From UHGV virus genome UHGV-0110462: 60,029 nt of DNA. One strand, written 5' to 3'. Positions 28,807 to 37,739 of the stretch are shown here, one piece after another; within the stretch, counting starts at the first letter, position 1, and each line of letters starts with the position of its first letter. Both the position numbers and the translations under genes were made by a program. This stretch comes from a virus. Under the pieces are notes generated by a model, which ran no database searches, was not told the DNA's origin, and worked only from the letters and a program-made list of their open reading frames with translations.

Positions 28807-29010
28807 TTAATCATTAATAAATTTGAAAATATCACTTGCAAGATTGTCAGCGCTGGTGTAAGATGCAAGAGGAAATCGATCAAATTGGTCTGACTTTGAT
28901 TCTGGGACAATCGTTCCAATGTAGGAAGACAACTGTCTCATGTACTCAATTTCACCAATAATCGGTCTCACCGATAATAAGTATGCAATAGTGTTTAAAA
29001 ATTCTTTCAT
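28807..29010 (-). CDS. hypothetical small protein
   Basis: ORF only. Confidence 0.3.
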   Translation of the reverse strand: MKEFLNTIAYLLSVRPIIGEIEYMRQLSSYIGTIVPESKSDQFDRFPLASYTSADNLASDIFKFIND

Positions 29011-29211
29011 GTGTTTGTCCTCCTTTTTTAAAATTTGTTTTTATTATAGCGGAAACGGAGGAAAAATTACTTATTAAATTTTTTATAATTATGCATTAAT
29101 TTTTTTGTTTGCATCCGTGAAAAATAGACGTAAAATATTATGTCTTTATTTTTTAAAATTTGAAACACAATTTTTTGGTTGCGAAATGGCAAAAGGGAGG
29201 TAAAATTTTTT

Positions 29212-29829
29212 ATGTCATCTGAGATTGAAAGAGCACAGAATTTCGGTAACATGCTTGCTAAATCAAGAACAGATGCCGGAAAAACAAGAAAACAAATGGC
29301 TCAAGCTCTCGGAAAGTCAGTCACTACAATTCAGAACTGGGAATCCGGAATAGGTGAGCCTGGTTACAGAACATTAGAAAAGTGGTTCTCGGTGCTAGGA
29401 TTAAACATGGAAAAGTACATTCTCAGCTACCGATACCCTGATAAATTCTTGACTGTTGACAATACAGAAATTGAAAAGATGGTTGACTGTATTCATGCTT
29501 ACATAAACACAAGCTACACTGAGCGTGATATTCGCCAAATGGCTTACTGTATGTTCGGAGACACTGGTTCCTCATGGCACGAGCAATTAAATATGCTGAC
29601 AGCTAACAATCACTGCTCTATGCGGTCGAGAGTTAATATCTGTCAAGCTGTTTACGACAACTTCCTTATGGAAAAAGCAAGAGGAGAACTTGTCAATGAA
29701 GATAATATAATGCCTGACCTTGCTTCTTTAAATATCGCTTTGCAAAGAGGTCGTGAAGCTGCATGTGAAAACAAAAACGGTTACACAATGACTGGTCAAA
29801 CAAGAAAGAATAACGATAAAAAGAAATAA
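29212..29829 (+). CDS. XRE-family HTH protein with C-terminal domain of unknown function
   Basis: RBS AAAGGGAGG. HTH RKQMAQALGKSVTTIQNWESG. C-terminal domain of about 120 aa. Confidence 0.5.
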   Translation: MSSEIERAQNFGNMLAKSRTDAGKTRKQMAQALGKSVTTIQNWESGIGEPGYRTLEKWFSVLGLNMEKYILSYRYPDKFLTVDNTEIEKMVDCIHAYINTSYTERDIRQMAYCMFGDTGSSWHEQLNMLTANNHCSMRSRVNICQAVYDNFLMEKARGELVNEDNIMPDLASLNIALQRGREAACENKNGYTMTGQTRKNNDKKK

Positions 29830-29831
29830 AA

Positions 29832-29872
29832 AGAACCCGGGAATTTCACCCGGGATTTTTGTTTTTTTGGAA
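29832..29872. terminator. bidirectional rho-independent terminator
   Basis: AAAGAACCCGGGAATTTCACCCGGGATTTTTGTTTTTTT. Lies between convergent genes. Confidence 0.7.
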
Positions 29873-29883
29873 CAGTTGCAGTC

Positions 29884-30963
29884 TTACTCAATCCAAGCCT
29901 GAAACTTGTCAATGAATCTGTATTTGTCTCCGGCGAATCCGTCCATGCCACTTGCTTTCAGTGTATCGACCTGATCTGCGTAGAAGTTCTTGTTGTTCTG
30001 TACAGAAACTCTGTAGTGGACCATCTTGTACTTATATCCATCCGGTGTGATATAGTACAGATCGATAGCAAGAATCTCTGAACCATCTCCGAGGATCCCA
30101 TTGACCTTGTCATTCAGATTGTAGCTGTTGCCGAATGTAAGGTATGGCAGCCAACCATTCTTTCTTGTGTATACTCGACAGCGGATGCTTCCCTTGCTTA
30201 CCTTTATGGCAAGCCACTTGATTGGAACATCATCTCCTTTGCCAGCCCAGTCCGCTTTGTTCGTTACTGCCGGCCACCACTTAGTTGTATAAGCCTGATA
30301 TGTGATATTGACCTGTCCTAAGTCTTTCTTCTCTACCGGCTTAGATGGTGCTGACGGTGTTACTGGTGTAGCACTGCCACCGAACTCCATGTAGCAATGG
30401 TTGACGTCTACTCTTCCGTTGACACCATCCACCTGTCCATCGGAAGAATACTGCCAAATTGCGTACTGACCTTTATAAGTATCCTCAGGAAGATTCTTGT
30501 ATCTTGCCATCCATTCAATATACTTGCCACGTACACTTCCAAGATGGTTGTTGAACCAACTAAGTGAAGCGTAGATTCCAGGAGTATATCCAGCTGCTTT
30601 AAGTCCTTCGCAGACGATTTCACAGCATCTAGGAGCATAGTTCTGCGTTCCCGGCTCTTCCACATCAATGAAGATAGGTAACTGGAAGGTGTGACCTTTG
30701 ATCAGTCTCAGGATATGGTCAAGCTCGCTCTCTGCCTGTCTGTCACAAGTAGCATAGCTATACAGATAGACTCCCACAGGAATTCCAAGTCTTTCACACT
30801 CAGCAAGGTTACGGATCCACTGCTTATCATCCTGTGATGCAATGTTATCTCCATATCCACATCTAAGGATAGCTCCGGCACAACCGGATGCTTTCACCTT
30901 TTCCCAATTAATCACTCCATTATGATAGCTAACATCAATGATTAACTTACTCATACCGGCCAC
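29884..30963 (-). CDS. endolysin: GH25 muramidase with C-terminal cell-wall-binding region
   Basis: GH25 N-terminus IDVSYHNGVINWEKVKASGCAGAILRCGYG...FIDVEE. GTG start. Confidence 0.8.
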   Translation of the reverse strand: MAGMSKLIIDVSYHNGVINWEKVKASGCAGAILRCGYGDNIASQDDKQWIRNLAECERLGIPVGVYLYSYATCDRQAESELDHILRLIKGHTFQLPIFIDVEEPGTQNYAPRCCEIVCEGLKAAGYTPGIYASLSWFNNHLGSVRGKYIEWMARYKNLPEDTYKGQYAIWQYSSDGQVDGVNGRVDVNHCYMEFGGSATPVTPSAPSKPVEKKDLGQVNITYQAYTTKWWPAVTNKADWAGKGDDVPIKWLAIKVSKGSIRCRVYTRKNGWLPYLTFGNSYNLNDKVNGILGDGSEILAIDLYYITPDGYKYKMVHYRVSVQNNKNFYADQVDTLKASGMDGFAGDKYRFIDKFQAWIE

Positions 30964-31128
30964 CTTCTTTCAGTTCTGCTTTCTTCTGCTCGATCTCCGC
31001 TGCGTGTTCCTCTGCAAACTTCTGCATAACTTCAAGTGATGTCCCCTCGTTATCGGAAATCTCCTTTGCGGATAATCCGTAGGCGAAACTCTTAATGACT
31101 TCTTTAATTGTCTGTTCTGTCATGATTA
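30964..31128 (-). CDS. small hypothetical protein (54 aa, non-membrane)
   Basis: Translates to MTEQTIKEVIKSFAYGLSAKEISDNEG... Directly abuts the endolysin start. Below the ORF-track cutoff. Confidence 0.3.
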
Positions 31129-31482
31129 TTCTCCCTTCTGTTTCAGATGTAACTCGTCAATTTCCTGTTTCATTATTGTTTTGAGTATAAAAATAAGACC
31201 TTTCGGTCTTGCTCTGATTTCCATGTATTTACCTCTTAGCCGCTTAATTCCATCGTTCTCGACTCGATTTCATTAGTGATTTCATGCAGTAATTCAATCA
31301 ATTCCGAGATTGTCATGTTCCCTAATTCCATTACTTTTCCAGTGCCTCACGGATTGCCTCAAGGTCATCCACCGTAAGTGCTGGATAATCTGCCGCAATA
31401 TCCTCAAAAGACTCTCCGTTTTTAAGACGGATTTTAAATGCTCTTACCATGATTTTCAATTTAAGTGTGTTCAATGTTTTCA

Positions 31483-31809
31483 TTATGCTTCTCCTCCGAT
31501 CAAATCAGCCATCATTAAGATGATATCGTCTGTAGTTGCTTCTAATGTATCGATACGTTCTGTATCCGTCATAACCTCATTCTCATAGTTAAGGTACTTA
31601 CCTGGGTTAGCTTTTACATCGTCCAAATCGAGAGTGCCGGTAGGCTCTGAGATTTCCCTGTAATCATATTCATGATAGGTCTGCTCCTCTTCCTGTCCTT
31701 CAGGAATCTCTGTCACGATGTTCTCATTCAGACAGATATAGACATAATCCGTTCCATTAATCTGCCTAACAGTAACACTCTCTTGTGCAGTGTCGAATCT
31801 TGCTTTCAT
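31483..31809 (-). CDS. hypothetical acidic phage protein
   Basis: ORF downstream of the RT; acidic composition, so unlike Avd. Confidence 0.4.
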   Translation of the reverse strand: MKARFDTAQESVTVRQINGTDYVYICLNENIVTEIPEGQEEEQTYHEYDYREISEPTGTLDLDDVKANPGKYLNYENEVMTDTERIDTLEATTDDIILMMADLIGGEA

Positions 31810-33046
31810 GTGATATCACTTCCTTACATATTTGAATCGTTTTGTTTGCGTTGTATCTTCTTTTTATATTGTAGCTGTCCGTGTGGTCTAAGATGCCTTT
31901 GTATGACATGCACTTCCTTGCAAGCCATACTGGAATCTTCTGCCTCTGCTTTACAATAGATTGTGCTTTCTTGTACGACCGCCTCACTCTTAAGAAAACT
32001 CTTCTTCTAATTGTGATATGCTGTCTGTATATGCGGACACCCATAATATCAATAAAATGACCATCATCTTTGCGTTTTGCGGCCGTTGTATATACCGTCC
32101 AACTGTCTTTGATTTCCAATCCCTTTTCGTCCGCTTTCTGAATAATCAGCCTCATAGCCTTGTGAATGTCTTTTGCATTCGTGCCGAGAATCAAAATATC
32201 ATCCATAAAGAAAAGCTGATGTTTCACAAGATTAATTCTTTCTGTTGTTCCATTTCTTTTCTTTCTGATGCGATACATATTCTCCGCTATTTCATGGTAG
32301 ATTTGAGATAAAAATAAATTGCAAAGATACTGGCTTAAATACGAACCAATACTCAGTCCAGTGTCGAATGTCATGATTAACATTTCTATCAACTCAAGTA
32401 GTGGTTCATTCTTAATGTATTTCCGTAGAAATTCCATTAACTTGTTTCTATCAATCGATGGATAACATTTACTGACGTCACATTGACCAGCGTATCTGAT
32501 ATTTTTATTTCTCATCCATCGTTTTATTGCTTTGATACCGCAGGATTGACCTCTGCCTTTCAGTGCTGCACATTGGTATTCTCCAATTCGCTTTAAGACG
32601 TCTTTCATAGCTTCTACTGCGATATAATCGTAGATTTGCTGTTTAATGTTCTGAATTCCGATTCTTCGCACTTTCTGACTGGAAGCATCAATCTTTTCTT
32701 TGTACCATATTGGTTGAAAGTGAATATTGCCTTGGATGATTTCTTCACGTACTCCGTCAACCACTGTTTCAACCATCGGTTTCATTCCGTTTAATCCGAA
32801 CTCATTGAACATTCCTTTAATAGTGTCTGTCGAAAGTCCAGTGTATTCAGAAAACATTGTCAATGAATCTCTTCTTTTGTATTTCTTTTTAAGGCATTTG
32901 TATACTGCCTTTTGAATCAATTTTCTATCTGTTATATCGACCGTTTTGCAATACGTCTTCATCGATTGTCTTTTTAAGGGCGTTCGGTTTGTACTACTAA
33001 CCCCGACAGATAGGCGAACCCTATCCGTCCTTACTCCTTTCGTCAA
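31766..33046 (-). CDS. diversity-generating retroelement reverse transcriptase
   Basis: RT motifs 3, 4 (IGxxxSQ) and 5 present; full motif strings are given in the DGR finding (31766-35083). TTG start in the track; an internal ATG at 32962 is possible. Confidence 0.85.
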   Translation of the reverse strand: MTKGVRTDRVRLSVGVSSTNRTPLKRQSMKTYCKTVDITDRKLIQKAVYKCLKKKYKRRDSLTMFSEYTGLSTDTIKGMFNEFGLNGMKPMVETVVDGVREEIIQGNIHFQPIWYKEKIDASSQKVRRIGIQNIKQQIYDYIAVEAMKDVLKRIGEYQCAALKGRGQSCGIKAIKRWMRNKNIRYAGQCDVSKCYPSIDRNKLMEFLRKYIKNEPLLELIEMLIMTFDTGLSIGSYLSQYLCNLFLSQIYHEIAENMYRIRKKRNGTTERINLVKHQLFFMDDILILGTNAKDIHKAMRLIIQKADEKGLEIKDSWTVYTTAAKRKDDGHFIDIMGVRIYRQHITIRRRVFLRVRRSYKKAQSIVKQRQKIPVWLARKCMSYKGILDHTDSYNIKRRYNANKTIQICKEVISHESKIRHCTRECYC

Positions 33047-33171
33047 AAAATAAAAGTTTCAGTAGGTCTATAAAAAGTATTTCGGGCATCTGCCCAAGAG
33101 TCTTTGCAGACTACACTCTTTGCAAGTGCGAAATACGACGCAAGGATTTTATATTTAGAAATTAACAATTT

Positions 33172-33277
33172 CAGCCGAGGTAATTCCAGTTCGTCCTGTC
33201 AAGCCTGTTCCTGCAATTCACGTACACTGAGCCAGCATTCGACCCATTCCTGAGATTACCGCGTGCGCCGTAAGTCC
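33172..33277 (-). repeat. DGR template repeat (TR)
   Basis: Intergenic 106-bp copy of the target gene 3' end. Carries A at all but one of the mismatch positions (7 AAT/AAC codons). Confidence 0.8.
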
Positions 33278-33349
33278 TTATATTTTAGTCGGTCGTATTA
33301 GGGGAGAACCCCTCTTTCCTAGAGGAAATTCACCCCCGGCGACCTCTTC

Positions 33350-35083
33350 TTAATCGCAGCCGAGGGCATTCCAGGACGTCCCGCCAAGCCCGCCCCTGCA
33401 ATACACGTACACCGAGCCAGCAGCCGACCCACCCCAGAGACAACCGCGTCCAAGGTCTTCTCGAGTTCCAGATGTACTCTTACCGCCAGCGTAACATCTA
33501 TCACCCCAACCTTGAGAGTCGCTCTTTCCGATGGCTTTAGCGAACCATGAACAAGTTTCCATATCCACTCCGATATCACCAACCCACCAGTCATTTCCAT
33601 CGTTGCTAGGCATATTCCCAATCAGTTTATATGTGCTCTTGATTGTTGCTTCATCCTTTACGTGCTTCACGCCTCTAGGAGCAATATACATGTCCTTACT
33701 GTAATCTTCCTTAAATACCATGACCGAATCTGAATATACGATATATCCACCTACTGAACTTTCAATTCCCATGACACGGAATGGATGTTTACCATCTGTG
33801 TTCGAACTCATTGAACCATCGTGTTTTCCAATAACCTTATCGGTCGAACCGCTCCACCAATGCATAGTTGACAGCATAATCTGTGCATTCAGAGTATCAC
33901 TCAATGCTACTGGTGTTGTTGCGAATCCACCTTCGATATCCAAGTACACAGCCTTGTTATTTTCATCGAGCGTTTCAATTCTAAGGACTTTCACATCATT
34001 AGCGTATCTGTGGATTGTTCCACCTCCACGGTCGTTATTAACCGTATTATCAGTATTTTTTGAGCCATAACCTACAGAAACGTAAGAGCCGACAAGAATC
34101 TTCGAAGCCTGCGCATTCGTAAGAGGAAAGTAGATTTCTTTTGTATCTCGCTGAATGGATGCCGGAAACTGATAGTTGTAATCAGTTGTGCCTTTGAAGA
34201 TTTTCTGTTCATTCTTCGTAGCATACTTAATCACTTCGTACAGAATGACATACATATTTCTTTCTTTTCCAGCGCCCCAACAGCCTTTTCCTTTTCTCTG
34301 ATAATTGTCAATCATGTTGTTGTAACATTGATTTCTAGCTGGTTTAGAACCGCTGAATGACCTAAGAAGTCCATCCGTGCCAAGTCCACTGACATACTTG
34401 CTATGAATCACATAGGAAGCGTAAGTTCCATCTTCTTTTCTAGCCGTTTCCCACGGAATTAATCCGTAATTATCATTCGGAGTGTCGGATAATGTCCAAA
34501 CCTGTTTGCCATCTTTCTCAATAGCCGACCAGTACGGAGTCATTGCAATAACACCAACGTCAACAGATCCATCATTCTTATAACCATTTCCCCATCCCTC
34601 GATTGCTGTAGGAACTTTGCGTCCGTAATCATCTGTCACGTAGTTGCAGTTAAACCAGTTAAAAATTCCAATACCCTCATAGTCATCTCTGCCCTCTACG
34701 GTGTCTGTTGATGGTTCACATACCATGTTCGCATTAGCAAGAGTCTTAACACCGTCAGAGGTTGGGTTTGTTTCTGTCAGATACATTTCTGTCTGATATA
34801 CTTTTCCATTTCTCATTGACCCGAAGAATGCCTCAAGGATTCTCTCATCAATGGTATCTGTTACATGCTTTACATTCACCATCTCTTCCTTTAGTTTATC
34901 CACATTCTCTTCCAGCACTGTATAATCCTCTGGGATGCTCTCAAGTGTCTTATTTCCTTTGGCTTCAATCTGTTTGATTAATTCTTCTGTACTCTCTTCT
35001 GCTATGGCATTCATTACTCCGGTATAACTTGTTCCGCCTTCATTTTTTACTCTTAGTTTAGATTTCTTTATGAATACACTCAT
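33350..35083 (-). CDS. DGR target: tail fibre / receptor-binding protein with diversified C-terminus
   Basis: 577 aa, C-terminus ...GRGCLWGGSAAGSVYVYCRGGLGGTSWNALGCD encoded by the VR. Sits in the tail module. Confidence 0.7.
   Translation of the reverse strand: MSVFIKKSKLRVKNEGGTSYTGVMNAIAEESTEELIKQIEAKGNKTLESIPEDYTVLEENVDKLKEEMVNVKHVTDTIDERILEAFFGSMRNGKVYQTEMYLTETNPTSDGVKTLANANMVCEPSTDTVEGRDDYEGIGIFNWFNCNYVTDDYGRKVPTAIEGWGNGYKNDGSVDVGVIAMTPYWSAIEKDGKQVWTLSDTPNDNYGLIPWETARKEDGTYASYVIHSKYVSGLGTDGLLRSFSGSKPARNQCYNNMIDNYQRKGKGCWGAGKERNMYVILYEVIKYATKNEQKIFKGTTDYNYQFPASIQRDTKEIYFPLTNAQASKILVGSYVSVGYGSKNTDNTVNNDRGGGTIHRYANDVKVLRIETLDENNKAVYLDIEGGFATTPVALSDTLNAQIMLSTMHWWSGSTDKVIGKHDGSMSSNTDGKHPFRVMGIESSVGGYIVYSDSVMVFKEDYSKDMYIAPRGVKHVKDEATIKSTYKLIGNMPSNDGNDWWVGDIGVDMETCSWFAKAIGKSDSQGWGDRCYAGGKSTSGTREDLGRGCLWGGSAAGSVYVYCRGGLGGTSWNALGCD
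33357..33460 (-). repeat. DGR variable repeat (VR) at the 3' end of the target gene
   Basis: Hand alignment to the TR shows 18 mismatches, 17 at TR adenines; per-codon list in the DGR finding. 3' end CTCGGCTG is identical to the TR. Confidence 0.8.
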
Positions 35084-35133
35084 GTGTGATTTCTCCTTTC
35101 TGCGGTTGGTTTACTAAAATGTTCTTTAGTTAA

Positions 35134-36660
35134 TTAGTTGATACTCTGTAAAGACTTTAAGAATCCACTAATACATTCAGCTATTCTTTTGCCCCCAACA
35201 GATGTAGGATGAAAAAATGTATCATTTTCATTTTTAACAAATGAGGAAATATTATTTTCGTTCCATCCAACTAAACTATTCAAATCAACGCAAGGAACAT
35301 GATTGTTTCCGCAAGCATTTAAAGTAGCTCTTGCGAAATCTCTGGTTGTATTTCCGTTAGAATTTTTCAATCCATCAGCACTACCCTTTTTATTAAAAAA
35401 GGCTTCACCATTACTGTTTTTGACTGGCGTTTGTGTCATAAAAACAATTCTTTTTGTTGGATATTTAACTAATAATTTTTTTATAAGTGTATTTAAACCG
35501 CCATAGAACGTTCCAGTAAAAGTCTGCGCATCAGTGTTAATATCCGCTTCCGTTCCGACCGTTCTATCTTGTGCCCAATCATTTGTTCCCCCCATAACAA
35601 GCATAACATCAAAGTCTTCCGTGATTTCGGCAAGACATTCATCTGTAGCCATTGCCATCAAACGTCTTCCTCCAACACCATGATTATAATATTTTGAAAA
35701 TCCCAATTCTCGTTGTACGTAATCTTGCCATGTCTGTTGAGCGGTAATGCTATCTCCATAGGTGCATAATATTTTACCAAAATAAGGTTTTTCTAAATCA
35801 GATTTTAAAATTTTAATTTTTGTTCCACCAACAGAAAAATCAATATTTGAGATATCTTTGTCTGTTACATCATAAATATAAATATCAACCGTATATGATG
35901 CATTCTCAGTAGTTGAATATATAGAAAATCCTCTAATATCTGATTGCGCAGTATATGGCATTACTGATGTTTCAGACTTTCCAACTCCAAGACCTTGTAT
36001 TTTTCCTATTGATCCCTGAAACGCATATGAAAAAGCATTGGCATATGCTGTTATATTGGCGCTACTACCATTTTTGAATTTCATTACAACAATATATTTT
36101 TTACCATTTTCAAACAGAGATGTATTTATAAAGGCTTTGTATTGTCCCTTCGTAGCATTTATTGATGTTATTGTATTACCATTTAAAGTTATATTGCTTG
36201 ATGTACCCTCCGAAGTAAATGTCAATGTATTTATTTTATCTTTAAATACAATATAATCAATATCTTCTAAATCTTCCTTGAGAGAATTAAATTCCCCCAT
36301 ATCCGGCACTTCTACCTCATCATCTTCATCTGAAATCCATACATTATTGTTCGGGTCTGTTGGCTGTTCTTTCTGACGGACAACAAGATTCTCCCTTAGT
36401 TTTCTTACCTGTCCTCTCATGGCGTCTCCGATGTTTTTATGGACTTCTCCATCTACATCCGTTCTTCCATCTGTAAGTTCTTCATTTAGTGAACTGATTT
36501 TTTCTTTGTTTTTTGTAATCTGCGCCAACTCTTCTTCCGAAATTCCTCCTAAATCCCCATCAGACGGAGCAGGAGGAATCAGGGTTTTCTTTTCGATTTC
36601 ACCCGTGTCTTTGTTCTTTACATTTAAAAATGCAGCTTTTCCAATATCACTCGTTGCCAT
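35134..36660 (-). CDS. tail-associated SGNH/GDSL hydrolase (esterase) domain protein
   Basis: C-terminal SGNH blocks ILCTYGDSITAQQTW...GGRRLM...VMGGTNDW. N-terminal beta-rich domain. Confidence 0.65.
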   Translation of the reverse strand: MATSDIGKAAFLNVKNKDTGEIEKKTLIPPAPSDGDLGGISEEELAQITKNKEKISSLNEELTDGRTDVDGEVHKNIGDAMRGQVRKLRENLVVRQKEQPTDPNNNVWISDEDDEVEVPDMGEFNSLKEDLEDIDYIVFKDKINTLTFTSEGTSSNITLNGNTITSINATKGQYKAFINTSLFENGKKYIVVMKFKNGSSANITAYANAFSYAFQGSIGKIQGLGVGKSETSVMPYTAQSDIRGFSIYSTTENASYTVDIYIYDVTDKDISNIDFSVGGTKIKILKSDLEKPYFGKILCTYGDSITAQQTWQDYVQRELGFSKYYNHGVGGRRLMAMATDECLAEITEDFDVMLVMGGTNDWAQDRTVGTEADINTDAQTFTGTFYGGLNTLIKKLLVKYPTKRIVFMTQTPVKNSNGEAFFNKKGSADGLKNSNGNTTRDFARATLNACGNNHVPCVDLNSLVGWNENNISSFVKNENDTFFHPTSVGGKRIAECISGFLKSLQSIN

Positions 36661-36671
36661 GTCGTACCTCC

Positions 36672-36839
36672 TTACTCAATCGTGATTCCTCTTGTCTCTG
36701 GGTTGTATGTTGCTGTTCCTGCGGTAACTGGATTTTCTTTTAGATACTCATTAACAGCTGTTGTCACTTGTTCTTGAGTGACAGGATTCTTTATTTTTTC
36801 ATTGACAATCGCCAATACATCTTCTGCTTTCAATGCCAT
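36672..36839 (-). CDS. small tail-module protein (55 aa)
   Basis: RBS GGATGGAGAATT-ATG. C-terminus NPETRGITIE, followed by TAAGGAGG-ATG of the next gene. Confidence 0.35.
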   Translation of the reverse strand: MALKAEDVLAIVNEKIKNPVTQEQVTTAVNEYLKENPVTAGTATYNPETRGITIE

Positions 36840-36851
36840 AATTCTCCATCC

Positions 36852-37427
36852 TTAAATAATAGATATGCCACGGGTTGACGGGTCGAATTCCAGTTTCACA
36901 GCTACTTTGGAATCGTAGGTGTTCAATAGCTGCTCAATTAAATCCTTGTTCTTTTCCGCGATCTGCTGAGTAGTTTCCAATCCCTCAAGGACTTCTCCCT
37001 CAGCCCATGTTGTGTTCCACTCTGTCGTAAGAGTACCGTCTGAGTTTGACTTTTTGGCGCAGACAGAGAAGTGGATTCCGTCTGTATATTTCGTTACATT
37101 TCGGCCAAGAACCCAAGAGAATGTGATGTAGTCTCCGCTTGTCACAACATCTTGTACAATGTAGGAGTCTCCCTCTTCATCTGCTTGATTCGGACTTTTG
37201 TAGTTGATGTAAATATTCATGGTCGCAAGATTGATGTTGTTTCCAACGATTTTCGGACACTTAAAATACTTTCTTTCAGCCTTTTCATCTGACTGCACAC
37301 CGAAAAGTCTCTCTGAATCAGGAACATTAATCGTCCTTGTCTCCGGGTCAATCATCAGAATGTCATTGACTGGCTTTACAAGCTCCTGTTCTGCCAGTGC
37401 TACAGCTAATGCCTCTTGCTCTGTCAC
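36852..37427 (-). CDS. phage tail/baseplate-associated protein
   Basis: Tail-module ORF. Carries DPETRTINVP and C-terminal PSTRGISII motifs. Confidence 0.45.
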   Translation of the reverse strand: MTEQEALAVALAEQELVKPVNDILMIDPETRTINVPDSERLFGVQSDEKAERKYFKCPKIVGNNINLATMNIYINYKSPNQADEEGDSYIVQDVVTSGDYITFSWVLGRNVTKYTDGIHFSVCAKKSNSDGTLTTEWNTTWAEGEVLEGLETTQQIAEKNKDLIEQLLNTYDSKVAVKLEFDPSTRGISII

Positions 37428-37735
37428 TGATCCACCTCCGTTCTGTTCGTGGTGAGTTTTCTTCCATCAGATACGCCTATAACCCTTACTTTGAATGAGA
37501 TGCTTTCAAGAACTTTTGACGGGATTTCGCACTCGTTGCCGATAATCGGTCTGAACTCTTCTACTTTGTCCCATGCATCATTGAAAACAGCTACCTTTGC
37601 GTATCCGTTCCAATCAGAGGAAAAAGAAAACTGTGCTTTCAAATATCCCGTTGTCCCTCTTGCGATATCACTAAAATCACAGTTCTTTGCTTTCTCTATC
37701 CTCTGCTCTTTTACGTTGAATTTTAATGTTCTCAT
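37424..37735 (-). CDS. hypothetical tail-module protein
   Basis: ORF in the tail module. Confidence 0.4.
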   Translation of the reverse strand: MRTLKFNVKEQRIEKAKNCDFSDIARGTTGYLKAQFSFSSDWNGYAKVAVFNDAWDKVEEFRPIIGNECEIPSKVLESISFKVRVIGVSDGRKLTTNRTEVDQ

Positions 37736-37739
37736 AACA

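Noticed and set aside
33172-33460. Single non-adenine TR/VR mismatch (TAC in TR vs GCC in VR: T to G next to A to C)
   Set aside because: This is one of 18 differences. Occasional non-A changes occur in DGR VRs and it does not undermine the A-specific pattern. Noted rather than over-interpreted.
33319-33621. 100-aa ORF overlapping the 3' end of the DGR target gene
   Set aside because: It is an alternative frame across the VR and hairpins and its Ala/Gly/Arg-rich composition reflects the GC-rich VR. The 577-aa frame has the coherent protein and the TR/VR codon logic.
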